64,000 bases of DNA, taken from NCBI GenBank assembly GCA_963796285.1, contig CAWCKW010000012.1, forward strand, positions 160,001 to 224,000, read 5' to 3'. This document shows positions 39,210-49,118 of this stretch, piece by piece. A model generated the notes under the pieces. That model searched no databases, had not been told where the DNA came from, and saw only the letters and a program-made list of their open reading frames with translations. Position 1 is the stretch's first letter. Every line of letters begins with the position of its first letter. The position numbers and the translations under genes are program-made. This DNA is from Nitrospirota bacterium (GTDB taxonomy: Bacteria; Nitrospirota; UBA9217).

Positions 39210-39285
<76 letters not shown>

Positions 39286-39692
39286 CATTCTCAAAAACGT
39301 GTACCATCTCACGAAGTATTTCAATAACCGCTTGCCTGACAGATTCGGTGGATAACTAAAAATGATCAGGACTCTCCGTATGGGAGATCGAGTAAACCGG
39401 GATCGACACTTGACATAACGGTTTTCTTCCCGAGAATCAAGAAAAGCGGACAGACATATCTCGAGATGACGAACGGTTTCAACGTGTCCAACAGCAGCGT
39501 TTCATGGACTGAACGAGACATGACTTGCGCAGCGCTCCAAGGCAAGGCTGAGTGGCTGAACAACGTAGATGGGCATGGGTGACGACGCCACGGAATCAGG
39601 GGAAGAGCTGAATTACTTATTCAGAGGTACGAGATACAGAATCAAGAACTGAATATTGGAGACTTACATAAACTCGGCTTTATCACGTTTTC

Positions 39693-39726
39693 CTAACCCC
39701 TCCCATTTTTACTCGGGAGGGGTTAG
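39693..39726. repeat. Perfect 12-bp hairpin (repeat element or terminator)
   Basis: CTAACCCCTCCC-N10-GGGAGGGGTTAG; no adjacent U-tract; resembles the 13672-13706 element. Confidence 0.55.
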
Positions 39727-39779
39727 TGTTAAAAAAATGGTACTGATTTTCGCTTTCTCTAACAACCCCGCGCCCGTCA

Positions 39780-40346
39780 CTAGTCCGAAGGGGGCGGCGG
39801 TGGCATAGGCTGCGAAGGCGCCAAGTAGGGCTCCGAAGACTCCTGCTGTTCGTACTCATAGTCCGGGGGAGGGGGCGGAGGCGGCATTGTTCTCCGAATG
39901 CGACGACTCCCCGGGATCACATTCCCTTTGGCATACATACACTGCTGATAGGAGATGTCGTATCGGCGCTGCGCTTCCCAACCGTAAACCTGGCCGGCGC
40001 TTGCACCTGACGACGCACCAACAGCAAGTCCGCTCGCGGCACCGATTGCCGCGCCGGCTCCCGCTCTCCCTGAGGCGGCTCCTACGGCGGCACCAAGTCC
40101 TGCGCCCACAGCCGTGCCAACAGCGGCCCCGGTAACGGCATTCTGATTGATCGCTTCCTGCGGGCTCATTCCTATCTGCTGTCTGGCCCATTGTCTGCAA
40201 AGAGCATCATCTGATTGGAATTGCTCTAGGGATTTTCCGTGAGCCGGTAATACCATTACGCTCGGCCCCGTGGGGAGAGTCACACATCCGCCAAGCACAA
40301 CAACCACCACCATCAACAACAATATATATCGTTTGTGCATTGTCAT
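39780..40346 (-). CDS. Glycine-zipper lipoprotein with Pro-rich tail
   Basis: Lipobox LGGC, F..DD..CRQWA, GAAVG repeats, QRRYD.SY.QCMYAKG. Confidence 0.85.
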   Translation of the reverse strand: MTMHKRYILLLMVVVVVLGGCVTLPTGPSVMVLPAHGKSLEQFQSDDALCRQWARQQIGMSPQEAINQNAVTGAAVGTAVGAGLGAAVGAASGRAGAGAAIGAASGLAVGASSGASAGQVYGWEAQRRYDISYQQCMYAKGNVIPGSRRIRRTMPPPPPPPDYEYEQQESSEPYLAPSQPMPPPPPSD

Positions 40347-40350
40347 GTCT

Positions 40351-40761
40351 TCATTCTCCTCCCTTGGGTTGTGCTGGAGCCGGGGTTGGCGTCGGATTCA
40401 GAGTAGGAACAACCTTCATCCAGCCTTTTGGACATTGCTTTACATACGGATAGTAGGTTTTGGATTCCGCGCAGTAATACCAGTAATACTGTTCCTCCGG
40501 CTGCTGGGTCTGCTGTTCATATACCGGAGGCTGTTGCTCGATTACGATTGGTTGTCGCGGATAGTCATAGAACGGATAAGCAAGAGGACCCCACCACCAC
40601 GGGCCCCATCCTGGGCCCCATCCTGGTCCTGGACCGAACCAGACGCCTCCCCTTACCGGCGGAGGCCCGGGCCTGAATGCGTATACGGGCACAACGCTTG
40701 CAAAAAGCACGACAAAAATCATTACAGAGATAGCAAGAACCATATATATGGGCCTTTTCAT
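40351..40761 (-). CDS. Small secreted Pro/Trp/Tyr-rich protein
   Basis: AGGAG RBS, signal peptide, GPGW repeats, YWYYC.....YYPYV..CP.GW..V.P. Confidence 0.8.
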   Translation of the reverse strand: MKRPIYMVLAISVMIFVVLFASVVPVYAFRPGPPPVRGGVWFGPGPGWGPGWGPWWWGPLAYPFYDYPRQPIVIEQQPPVYEQQTQQPEEQYYWYYCAESKTYYPYVKQCPKGWMKVVPTLNPTPTPAPAQPKGGE

Positions 40762-41169
40762 GATATTTCTCCTTTCTCTCAACAAATGCGGAATACATCG
40801 CGCCGACAAACCATCTGAGGTTATCATCCGTTTTATAACTAATCTCCCTTGCTCTATTATGACACATTTCACTATAAATGGTTTAACGAAAATTTACGAA
40901 TGATACTCACTTGAACTCGTCAATTTCAAAATTAATATGCAGCTATAGAACAATAATTGTGGAGAAAAGAATTTGTTTTTTTTATTAATATGAATGATAC
41001 TATATACTTAATACATTCCTAAGGAGAAAAGAGTATAACGTGAAAAATGAAGGCTGTAACAAAGAACTTCAAAATATGCAGTTGTCGTGAAATCAAATAT
41101 CCTGGAAAGAGCATTTAGCCATAGAACGCAAAGATCAACGATAAAAACAAAAATTGGTGAGCATTTCAC

Positions 41170-41250
41170 AAGCAGTTCTATATGTTATTCTTTGCGCTCT
41201 TGGTATCTTTGCGTGAAAAACTGCCGTTTTTTTTAGGAATATTAAATTCC
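41170..41250 (-). repeat. Degenerate family B left arm
   Basis: Reverse complement AAAACGGCAG..TTTCACGCAAAGATACCAAGAGCGCAAAGAA matches 8494-8539. Confidence 0.5.
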
Positions 41251-41370
41251 TGATCAGCAGGTCAGTGGAACGTCCACTTTTATTCCTGCCCAACTGTATT
41301 TTTATAAATGACATCCATTCGTCCCATAGTCGGCAAGCACGAAAAAACAAATATTAACAAAAAGAAAAGG

Positions 41371-41399
41371 TTGACATCCCAAATAATTATGTTTATATT
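41371..41399 (+). promoter_or_regulatory. Putative sigma70 promoter
   Basis: TTGACA-N17-TATATT. Confidence 0.6.
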
Positions 41400-41431
41400 T
41401 ATAGTTATTGAGCGTACACAATAGGGTGCCG

Positions 41432-41956
41432 ATGAACATTCCGAACTATATCACGCTTGTCAGGATAGTCCTCATCCCTTTTTTTATTAACTCGATGATT
41501 TATGGCTACTACCGGTTAGCACTCGCAATTTTCGTTGCTGCTTGCGTTACCGATGCGCTCGACGGACTGATCGCGCGAGTTACAAACTCCATAACAGAAC
41601 TGGGCGCACTCCTGGACCCGATAGCGGACAAACTGCTCATCCTCTCCTCGTTCGTCACTCTGGTACTGCTCGGGATGCTGCCGGTATGGCTCGTCATTAT
41701 TGTGGTGAGCAGGGACGTGATCCTGGTCCTCGGCGGTCTCGTAATTTATTTTCTTGGGCATGAGGTGCGGGCTCGGCCTTCTTTCATCGGTAAGGCCACG
41801 ACGGTATTGCAACTGCTCGTGGTGACTCTTTCGCTGGTATTGAAGGCGTTTGGCATCGATATGGCGTGGATGCAGGTGCTGTATTGGACAACGGCAGTCT
41901 TCACACTGGTTTCCGGTATCCAGTATGTTGTGCGTGGAACCAAAATCGTCGGCTGA
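41432..41956 (+). CDS. CDP-alcohol phosphatidyltransferase (PgsA-like)
   Basis: NIPNYITLVR, TDALDGLIAR...GALLDPIADK. Confidence 0.9.
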   Translation: MNIPNYITLVRIVLIPFFINSMIYGYYRLALAIFVAACVTDALDGLIARVTNSITELGALLDPIADKLLILSSFVTLVLLGMLPVWLVIIVVSRDVILVLGGLVIYFLGHEVRARPSFIGKATTVLQLLVVTLSLVLKAFGIDMAWMQVLYWTTAVFTLVSGIQYVVRGTKIVG

Positions 41957-41990
41957 CATTTAAATTGATACGTTTAACACGGAGGGCGCA

Positions 41991-42425
41991 ATGAAGATAT
42001 CCGAAATAATTAGGCAGGCACTGGAAAAGAAAGGTTTTAAAAATCTTAAAGATGCCTCGAAGGTCCTCGGCATCAGCCCCGAGCTTCTGCGGGTCACGAT
42101 CAATAAAGGGCACATTCCGAAGGATTCGACTCTCATCGTGATCGCGAATAAACTGGGTCTGGACAAGTCCATGCTCATACTGGGCGCCCACCAGGAAAAA
42201 GTTCCGGACGAGGTCAAGGGTTTTTTCCTTTCTCCTTCGCAGGCAAAGGGCAGGCGGGGGAAGCGTAAATATCCCCTCTCCGAAGAACAGACCAATTACC
42301 TGGAAAAAATCCTGACGACTGACGAGATCATGATGTTGCGGAAATTCCGGCAGGTTTCCGAAGAAGGCCTTGTGCAGATCGCCGGGTATATAGATTTCAT
42401 GTACGCCTCCAAGAAGAGATCCTGA
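41991..42425 (+). CDS. Hypothetical XRE-like HTH protein
   Basis: GGAGG RBS; LKDASKVLGIS...G.IP...L..IA..LG helical pattern. Confidence 0.65.
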   Translation: MKISEIIRQALEKKGFKNLKDASKVLGISPELLRVTINKGHIPKDSTLIVIANKLGLDKSMLILGAHQEKVPDEVKGFFLSPSQAKGRRGKRKYPLSEEQTNYLEKILTTDEIMMLRKFRQVSEEGLVQIAGYIDFMYASKKRS

Positions 42426-43721
42426 TTGTTGGAAATTGTAAAAATCCTGCCGGACGCAACTGCTGAAGGGTTGGGGCTCCAGGCGGGGGACATCTTGGAC
42501 ACTATTAACGGAAAAGAAGTCCATGATGTAATCGATTACCGGTTTTTGGTCGCTGACGAAAACGTCACTATCTCATTTCATTCGAAGGACGGCCGAGCCC
42601 GCAAGATCGTTGTTGAAAAGGACCCTGACGACAATCTCGGTCTGGAGTTCTCTCCGTTCCGCATCACCCGATGCCGCAACCGATGCATCTTCTGCTTTGT
42701 CGATCAAATGCCGGCTGGTTGCCGGAAAAGTCTGTATATTAAAGACGACGATTATCGGGCTTCTTTCCTTCATGGGAATTATATTACGCTCGGCGCCCTT
42801 TCAGAAAATGATCTGGAAAGGATCTTTTGTGAGCGGCTATCACCGCTCTATATCTCCGTCCATACTACGGACCACTCGCTCCGTACATTCATGCTGGGTA
42901 ACAAGAAGGCGCCTGATATCCTGGCGAGTATGGAGCGCCTGGCTGCGGGCGGCATTCTGATGCACACGCAGATCGTTTTGTGCCCCGGGATCAATGACGG
43001 CGATCATTTGCAAAAGACTCTGGACGACCTGTCCAATCTGTTCCCGGCGGTTGCCTCCATAGCAGTGGTTCCGGTGGGAATGACGGCATTCAGGGAAAAG
43101 TTATTTCCTCTCAAGTTGTTTACCCGGTCTGGGGCGCGTGCGGTGATTGAACGTGTTACTCAGCTCGGATCGCGGTTCAAACGGAGGTTTGGGACCCGTC
43201 TGGTGTTCGCTTCTGATGAGTTTTACATCAAGGCAGGAGAAACGTTCCCTCCCCTGTCTTTTTATGAGGAACTACCCCAGCGGGAGAACGGCGTAGGCAT
43301 GGTGTCCGAATTCTTGCGCGATGTTGCACGTACCCGGATCCCGAAAAAGCTGGCACCGAAAAATCTGACCCTGGTGACGGGGGTGTCGTTCGGCAGCATT
43401 CTCAAAAGTATTCTTGAGCGGTTGAGAACGGATGAAGTATCCAGGATCAGGCTGGTGATTGCGCATAACTTTTTTTTCGGGTCTTCGGTGACGGTTGCGG
43501 GGCTCTTGACCGGACAGGATATTCTCCGTGCGCTCAAGGGCAAGCGACTGGGCGATCTGGTGCTGATACCAGCCAGTTCGCTGAAGGAAGATGAAGACGT
43601 ATTCCTTGACAACATGCGTCTTGAACAGTTGGAGCAGGCGCTCTCCGTCAAGGTCCTGAAGGTAGAGAAATTCAGTGAAGTGATAACCGTGCTGCGTGGT
43701 GAAGGGAGGCGGTCTCGATGA
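42426..43721 (+). CDS. PDZ + DUF512 radical-SAM-like Fe-S protein
   Basis: GLQAGD PDZ-like N-terminus, CRNRCIFCFVDQMP, LYIKDDDYR.SFL.GNYITL, ENGVGM. Confidence 0.9.
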   Translation: MLEIVKILPDATAEGLGLQAGDILDTINGKEVHDVIDYRFLVADENVTISFHSKDGRARKIVVEKDPDDNLGLEFSPFRITRCRNRCIFCFVDQMPAGCRKSLYIKDDDYRASFLHGNYITLGALSENDLERIFCERLSPLYISVHTTDHSLRTFMLGNKKAPDILASMERLAAGGILMHTQIVLCPGINDGDHLQKTLDDLSNLFPAVASIAVVPVGMTAFREKLFPLKLFTRSGARAVIERVTQLGSRFKRRFGTRLVFASDEFYIKAGETFPPLSFYEELPQRENGVGMVSEFLRDVARTRIPKKLAPKNLTLVTGVSFGSILKSILERLRTDEVSRIRLVIAHNFFFGSSVTVAGLLTGQDILRALKGKRLGDLVLIPASSLKEDEDVFLDNMRLEQLEQALSVKVLKVEKFSEVITVLRGEGRRSR

Positions 43722-44563
43722 TCTCCGGAAAGACGAAGATCTACGGCATATTCGGATACCCCGTGGAGCATACCTTTTCCCCGGGCATGCATAACAGCGC
43801 ATTTAAAAAACTCGGGATGGATGCCAGGTATGTACCCTTTGCGGTCCCTCCCGAAAGACTGGAAGACGCCGTACGAGCAGTGGTTCCTCTCGGTCTCTGC
43901 GGATTGAACGTCACGGTGCCTCACAAAGAACGAGTGCTGGCATTTCTGGACGAACTTTCAGAAGAAGCCCGGCTGATAGGCGCGGTGAACACGATCGACG
44001 TCAGGAAGGGGAAACTGATCGGCCACAATACCGACGGACGGGGGTTCCTTAGGTCCCTTAGGGAGCGTGGTGGGATGGATCCAAAAGGGAAGAAATTCCT
44101 GTTCATCGGCTCGGGCGGCGCGGCCCGGGCGGTGGGCTTTAGCCTGGCGCTTGCCGGTGCTGCCGAGATCGTATTCCGCGACCTTGATGTCAGAAAAGCT
44201 TCTCTGCTGGCGAGCGATATACAGGACAAGACCGGGGTACCGGCAGTATGCATAACACACGAAATGCTCCGGGAGTATGCGACCGGTGCTGACTGTTTGA
44301 TCAACGCCACTCCGCTTGGCCTCAAGAGAACGGACCCTTTGCCCATACCTGCGGCAATAGTCATGCGAAAGCATCTCTTGTGTGATCTCGTCTATAATCC
44401 TCCGGAGACCGCACTTTTAAAGATGGCGAAAAAGAAAGGAGCCAAAAGTCTACCGGGTCTTGGCATGCTCTTATACCAGGGAGTAATTGCTTTCGAAATA
44501 TGGACCGGGCAAAAAGCGCCGATCCTGGTCATGAAGAATGCGCTTTCACGGCAGATTCGATAA
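43718..44563 (+). CDS. aroE: Shikimate dehydrogenase
   Basis: SPGMHN, NVTVPHKE, GAVNT, NTDG, GSGGAARA, DLVYNP. Confidence 0.96.
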   Translation: MISGKTKIYGIFGYPVEHTFSPGMHNSAFKKLGMDARYVPFAVPPERLEDAVRAVVPLGLCGLNVTVPHKERVLAFLDELSEEARLIGAVNTIDVRKGKLIGHNTDGRGFLRSLRERGGMDPKGKKFLFIGSGGAARAVGFSLALAGAAEIVFRDLDVRKASLLASDIQDKTGVPAVCITHEMLREYATGADCLINATPLGLKRTDPLPIPAAIVMRKHLLCDLVYNPPETALLKMAKKKGAKSLPGLGMLLYQGVIAFEIWTGQKAPILVMKNALSRQIR

Positions 44564-44600
44564 CGTATTATAAAATCGGGAAAAAGTACCTTCTGGCATC

Positions 44601-44629
44601 TTGACATACATGCATTATTCAAGTAATAT
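44601..44629 (+). promoter_or_regulatory. Putative sigma70 promoter of pilB
   Basis: TTGACA-N17-TAATAT. Confidence 0.55.
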
Positions 44630-44664
44630 AGGTCATAAAATTTTATACTGACCAAGGAGTTCCT

Positions 44665-46518
44665 ATGGCAATGTCTGGAAGACTCGGCGCTATGCTCGTA
44701 TCGTCGGGTCTGATCACGGAAGATCAGTTGAAAAAATCTCTGGCCACGCAGAAAAGCGAGGGCGGCAGACTCGGCACTATCCTGGTGAAACTGGGGTTCG
44801 TACAGGAAGACAAGCTGATGACGTTTTTGAGCAAGCAGTATGGTGTCCCCTACGTTGACCTGAGCAAATTCGAGATCAATCCCGCCGTCATTAAACATAT
44901 TCCCGCGGAAGTCGCCCAAAAATATCGCATCATGCCGATCAATCGCGCCGGTGCGACGATTACCATCGCCATGGTGGACCCCTCCAATATATTCGCCATC
45001 GACGACATCAAATTCATGACCGGCTATAATGTCGAGGCTGTCGTGGCAACTGAGGGCGCCATCGTTGAGGCGGTAAAAAAATATTACGGCGCCGCGGCAA
45101 GGTCCCTGGTAGCAGCCAAGGCGGGCGGTATTGCGGCCTCGGCACAACCCCGGGACGAGAAAAAGGTCACCCTTGACGCCAAGGACTATGCATTAGATGA
45201 CAATAACATGGAGGATTCCGTTATCGATGATATCGATACAGGCGGGATCGTGGACGTCGATGATTTCGACAATCTTGTACATGGCGCGGTCGATGAGCTC
45301 GAGGTCATTGAAGATGAAAAGCTGGACACGTTGTCGGATGAAGTTGAGGCGCCGATCATCAAATTGGTGAATGGTATCCTGCTTCGCGCGGCAAAGGCGG
45401 GCGTGAGCGATGTCCATATTGAACCTTATGAAAAAAAGTTCCGGGTGCGGTACCGGCTCGATGGCGTGCTGAAGACGGTCATGGGGCTTCCGCTCAAGAT
45501 CCGGAATGCGATTATATCCCGCGTAAAGATCATGGCTTCTCTTGACATCGCGGAACGGCGGCTTCCGCAGGACGGCAGGATCAAACTCAAGATGAGCAGG
45601 AACAAGGTCATGGACTTCCGTGTATCCGTCATTCCGACCCTCTTCGGTGAAAAGATCGTCTTGCGACTGCTCGACAAATCGAATCTTCAACTCGATATGA
45701 CCAAGCTTGGCTTCGATGAGGACCAACTGAAGGATTTTAAAGATGCTCTCGGGAAACCCTTTGGCATGGTGCTGGTGACGGGCCCCACCGGAAGCGGTAA
45801 GACCACTACCCTCTACTCGGCGCTGAGCGAACTGAATACCGATTCCGAAAATATTATGACCGCTGAAGACCCGGTGGAATTTAATCTGATGGGTATCAAT
45901 CAGGTCCAGATGAAAGACGAGATCGGGCTCAACTTTGCCGCAGCGCTTCGCTCCTTTCTCCGTCAGGACCCGGATATCATCATGGTGGGAGAGACCCGCG
46001 ATTACGAAACAGCAGAGATCGGTGTCAAAGCCGCGCTTACCGGCCACTTGGTGCTTTCGACGCTCCATACCAATGATGCTCCAAGCACCATCAACCGCTT
46101 GCTCAATATGGGCGTTGAACCCTTTTTGGTGTCCTCAGCAGTGATCCTTATCGTGGCACAGCGGCTTGTACGGAAGGCCTGCCAGAACTGCAAGAAGCCG
46201 CAAAAAATACCGGTCGAGACATTTGTCGCCGCCGGGTTTGACCCGGAAGAGGCCAAGACCATCGTCAGCTACAAGGGTGAAGGATGCGATATTTGCAACC
46301 AGACCGGCTACAAGGGCAGGGTAGCGCTTTATGAGGTGATGCCGCTCAAGGACGAGATCAAGGAACTCATCCTGCAGGGCGCATCGGTCTTTGATTTAAA
46401 AAAAGCGGCTGTGAACGGGGGGATGAGGACCCTTCGGGCGAGCGGACTGCTGAAAGTGAAAGCTGGGTTGACGTCACTGGAAGAAATCGTTGAGAATACG
46501 TTCTCCGATAGTAATTAG
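44665..46518 (+). CDS. pilB: Type IV pilus assembly ATPase PilB
   Basis: MshEN-like RLG..L N-terminus, GPTGSGKTTTLY, LRQDPD, Zn-binding CxxC pairs. Confidence 0.96.
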   Translation: MAMSGRLGAMLVSSGLITEDQLKKSLATQKSEGGRLGTILVKLGFVQEDKLMTFLSKQYGVPYVDLSKFEINPAVIKHIPAEVAQKYRIMPINRAGATITIAMVDPSNIFAIDDIKFMTGYNVEAVVATEGAIVEAVKKYYGAAARSLVAAKAGGIAASAQPRDEKKVTLDAKDYALDDNNMEDSVIDDIDTGGIVDVDDFDNLVHGAVDELEVIEDEKLDTLSDEVEAPIIKLVNGILLRAAKAGVSDVHIEPYEKKFRVRYRLDGVLKTVMGLPLKIRNAIISRVKIMASLDIAERRLPQDGRIKLKMSRNKVMDFRVSVIPTLFGEKIVLRLLDKSNLQLDMTKLGFDEDQLKDFKDALGKPFGMVLVTGPTGSGKTTTLYSALSELNTDSENIMTAEDPVEFNLMGINQVQMKDEIGLNFAAALRSFLRQDPDIIMVGETRDYETAEIGVKAALTGHLVLSTLHTNDAPSTINRLLNMGVEPFLVSSAVILIVAQRLVRKACQNCKKPQKIPVETFVAAGFDPEEAKTIVSYKGEGCDICNQTGYKGRVALYEVMPLKDEIKELILQGASVFDLKKAAVNGGMRTLRASGLLKVKAGLTSLEEIVENTFSDSN

Positions 46519-46545
46519 CGACAGCAGGGAGAGAACGACAGCATG

Positions 46546-46728
46546 TTTGCAACTGCTCAGGACATAATAAAACGTAAGAATATTATCCGAAGAATAGGGG
46601 TTACATAAGGAGAACGAAAGAACAGACAAAATCTCACACGGCCTGTCTATCATTTCATTCCTCCTTTGCCTTTTTTGTTTCTTTATTTCGTCTCGATGGT
46701 TTTGGTTGTAGACCTGCATAGTTGCAAA
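46546..46728. repeat. Imperfect inverted-repeat-bounded spacer between pilB and pilT
   Basis: TTTGCAACTGCTCAGG / CCTGCATAGTTGCAAA. Confidence 0.4.
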
Positions 46729-46752
46729 ACTACTCAATAAGGGGTTCACCAT

Positions 46753-47856
46753 ATGGCCAACCTGCATGATTTACTCAAGTTCATGATAGAAAAAGGGGCT
46801 TCTGACCTCCATCTTACCACGGGAATTCCACCATCGATCCGTATTGACGGCAAGATAAAGCTGATACCCGGACTGGAACCCCTTAACGCCACGCAGACCA
46901 AGGACCTCTGTTACAGCATCCTCACCGATGCCCAGAAGCACAAGTTTGAAGAGAACAGCGAACTCGACCTCTCCTTCGGCATTAAAAATCTGTCCCGCTT
47001 TCGTGCAAATATGTTCGTGCAGCGGGGGGCCGTTGCTGCTGCGATAAGAACCATTCCTTTTAAGATCAAAACGTTCCAGGAACTGGGTCTGCCCGAGATC
47101 GTATCCGATCTCTGTAAGAAGCCGAGGGGACTCGTTCTCGTCACCGGCCCCACGGGCAGCGGCAAGTCAACAACCCTCGCCTCTATGATCGACAAGATCA
47201 ACAACGAACGGCAGGAGCATATCATCACCATTGAAGACCCGATCGAATATCTCCACCCGCATAAGAAATGTCTGGTGAACCAGCGGGAGGTCAATGCAGA
47301 CACCAAATCGTTTAAGGACGCATTGAAATATATCCTCCGGCAAGACCCTGATGTCGTGCTCGTGGGTGAAATGCGCGATCTTGAAACCATTGAAGCGGCC
47401 TTGACCATTGCTGAAACAGGACACCTTACCTTTGCGACACTGCATACGAATTCCGCGGTGCAGACGATAAATCGCATTATTGATGTGTTTCCGCCTTACC
47501 AGCAATCCCAGGTAAGGGCGCAGCTTTCATTCGTTCTTGAGGGCGTGATATCTCAACAGCTCGTGCCGAAGATAGGCGGCGGCCGGTTGGTCGCTCTTGA
47601 GGTCATGATCCCAAATGCCGCTATACGGAATCTCATCAGGGAAGACAAAATTCATCAGATCTATTCCATTATGCAGACCGGCCAGTCAAAATTCGGCATG
47701 CTGACCCTTAATCAGTCGCTGTATGACCTCTATACTAAAAAAATGATTTCTTATGAGGACTGCATCGGCCGGTCGTCGAATCCAGATGAACTTATTCAAA
47801 TGGTGGGACGATCAGGTCTTGGAGGGGCGCAGCCGGTCCATAAGGACTACCGTTAA
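46753..47856 (+). CDS. pilT: Type IV pilus retraction ATPase PilT
   Basis: GPTGSGKSTTLA, AIRNLIRE motif. Confidence 0.97.
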   Translation: MANLHDLLKFMIEKGASDLHLTTGIPPSIRIDGKIKLIPGLEPLNATQTKDLCYSILTDAQKHKFEENSELDLSFGIKNLSRFRANMFVQRGAVAAAIRTIPFKIKTFQELGLPEIVSDLCKKPRGLVLVTGPTGSGKSTTLASMIDKINNERQEHIITIEDPIEYLHPHKKCLVNQREVNADTKSFKDALKYILRQDPDVVLVGEMRDLETIEAALTIAETGHLTFATLHTNSAVQTINRIIDVFPPYQQSQVRAQLSFVLEGVISQQLVPKIGGGRLVALEVMIPNAAIRNLIREDKIHQIYSIMQTGQSKFGMLTLNQSLYDLYTKKMISYEDCIGRSSNPDELIQMVGRSGLGGAQPVHKDYR

Positions 47857-47895
47857 GGCGATATCTTGTTGATCTTAATTATAATGAGGTGAAGA

Positions 47896-49110
47896 ATGGC
47901 AACGACCGTATTTACTTGGGAAGGCAAAACACGGCAGGGGTCTGTCCAAAAGGGCGAGATTGCCGCAAACAACAAAGAAGACGTGCTCGCACTCCTGCGG
48001 AAGCAGAATATTCAGCCGATCAATGTGGTCGCCAAACCGAAGGAGCTCAAGCTGAGCTTCGGCGCTCCAAAAGTCAACGATAAAGACATCGTGATCTTTA
48101 CCCGGCAGTTGGCGACCATGATCGATGCGGGATTGCCGCTCGTGCAATGTCTTGATATCCTCGGCAACCAGACGGAAAATAAGACGCTTGCCAAGACCGT
48201 GAACCAGGTAAGGTCCGATGTGGAGAGCGGAGCGACCTTTGCCGATGCGCTTAAAAAACACCCCAAGATATTTGACAATCTTTATTGCAATATGGTCGCC
48301 GCCGGAGAGGCAGGCGGTATTTTGGATACCATACTCGGACGGCTTGCCGCATTTATGGAAAAATTTGCGAAGATCAAAGGCCAGATCAAGTCGGCCATGA
48401 TTTATCCTTCGGTCATCCTGTTCGTCGCGGTATCCGTGGTTGCCCTTCTGATGGTGGTCGTCGTCCCCATGCTGGCAAATATTTTCGTTGAAGCAAAAAT
48501 GCAGCTGCCTTTTCCTACCCGCGTTGTAATGGCGATCAGCAACTTTTTGAAATCCTGGGGAGGTCTGATCCTTCTCTTTGTCATTATCGGTTTCTTCGTT
48601 GGCCTCAGGCAATTCAGAAAAACAGAAAAAGGACAGAGAATGACAGATGCCATTGCGTTAAAAATACCTGTTGCAGGCTCGTTGATTCAGAGGGTGGCGG
48701 TTGCCAAGTTTACGCGGACCCTCGGCACGTTGCTAACGAGCGGGGTCCCTATCCTTGAAGGGTTATTGATCGTTTCGAGGACCGCGGGCAACAAGGTCGT
48801 GGAAGAAGCGATTCTCGCCACCCGGCAGAGCGTGAGCGAGGGTAAAACGCTCGCTGACCCGCTGGGAAGGGCAAAGATCTTCCCCGCCATGGTTGTCTCG
48901 ATGATATCGGTTGGTGAGGCCACGGGAGCGCTCGACAACATGCTGAACAAGATCGCGGACTTCTACGATGATGAGGTGGATTCAGCGGTGGCGGCTCTTA
49001 CCTCGATGCTTGAGCCCATGCTCATGATCTTTCTGGGCATTACGGTCGGTTTCGTGATTGTGGCCATGTACATGCCGATATTCCAGATGGGCTCGGCAGT
49101 GGGTGGTTAG
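47896..49110 (+). CDS. pilC: Type IV pilus platform protein PilC
   Basis: FTRQLATMIDAGLPL, two T2SSF repeats, AMYMPIF. Confidence 0.96.
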   Translation: MATTVFTWEGKTRQGSVQKGEIAANNKEDVLALLRKQNIQPINVVAKPKELKLSFGAPKVNDKDIVIFTRQLATMIDAGLPLVQCLDILGNQTENKTLAKTVNQVRSDVESGATFADALKKHPKIFDNLYCNMVAAGEAGGILDTILGRLAAFMEKFAKIKGQIKSAMIYPSVILFVAVSVVALLMVVVVPMLANIFVEAKMQLPFPTRVVMAISNFLKSWGGLILLFVIIGFFVGLRQFRKTEKGQRMTDAIALKIPVAGSLIQRVAVAKFTRTLGTLLTSGVPILEGLLIVSRTAGNKVVEEAILATRQSVSEGKTLADPLGRAKIFPAMVVSMISVGEATGALDNMLNKIADFYDDEVDSAVAALTSMLEPMLMIFLGITVGFVIVAMYMPIFQMGSAVGG

Positions 49111-49118
49111 AAACTCAC

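Noticed and set aside
39286-41400. Integrative element at tRNA-Thr
   Set aside because: No integrase and no duplicated tRNA 3' end (att site) found in the window.
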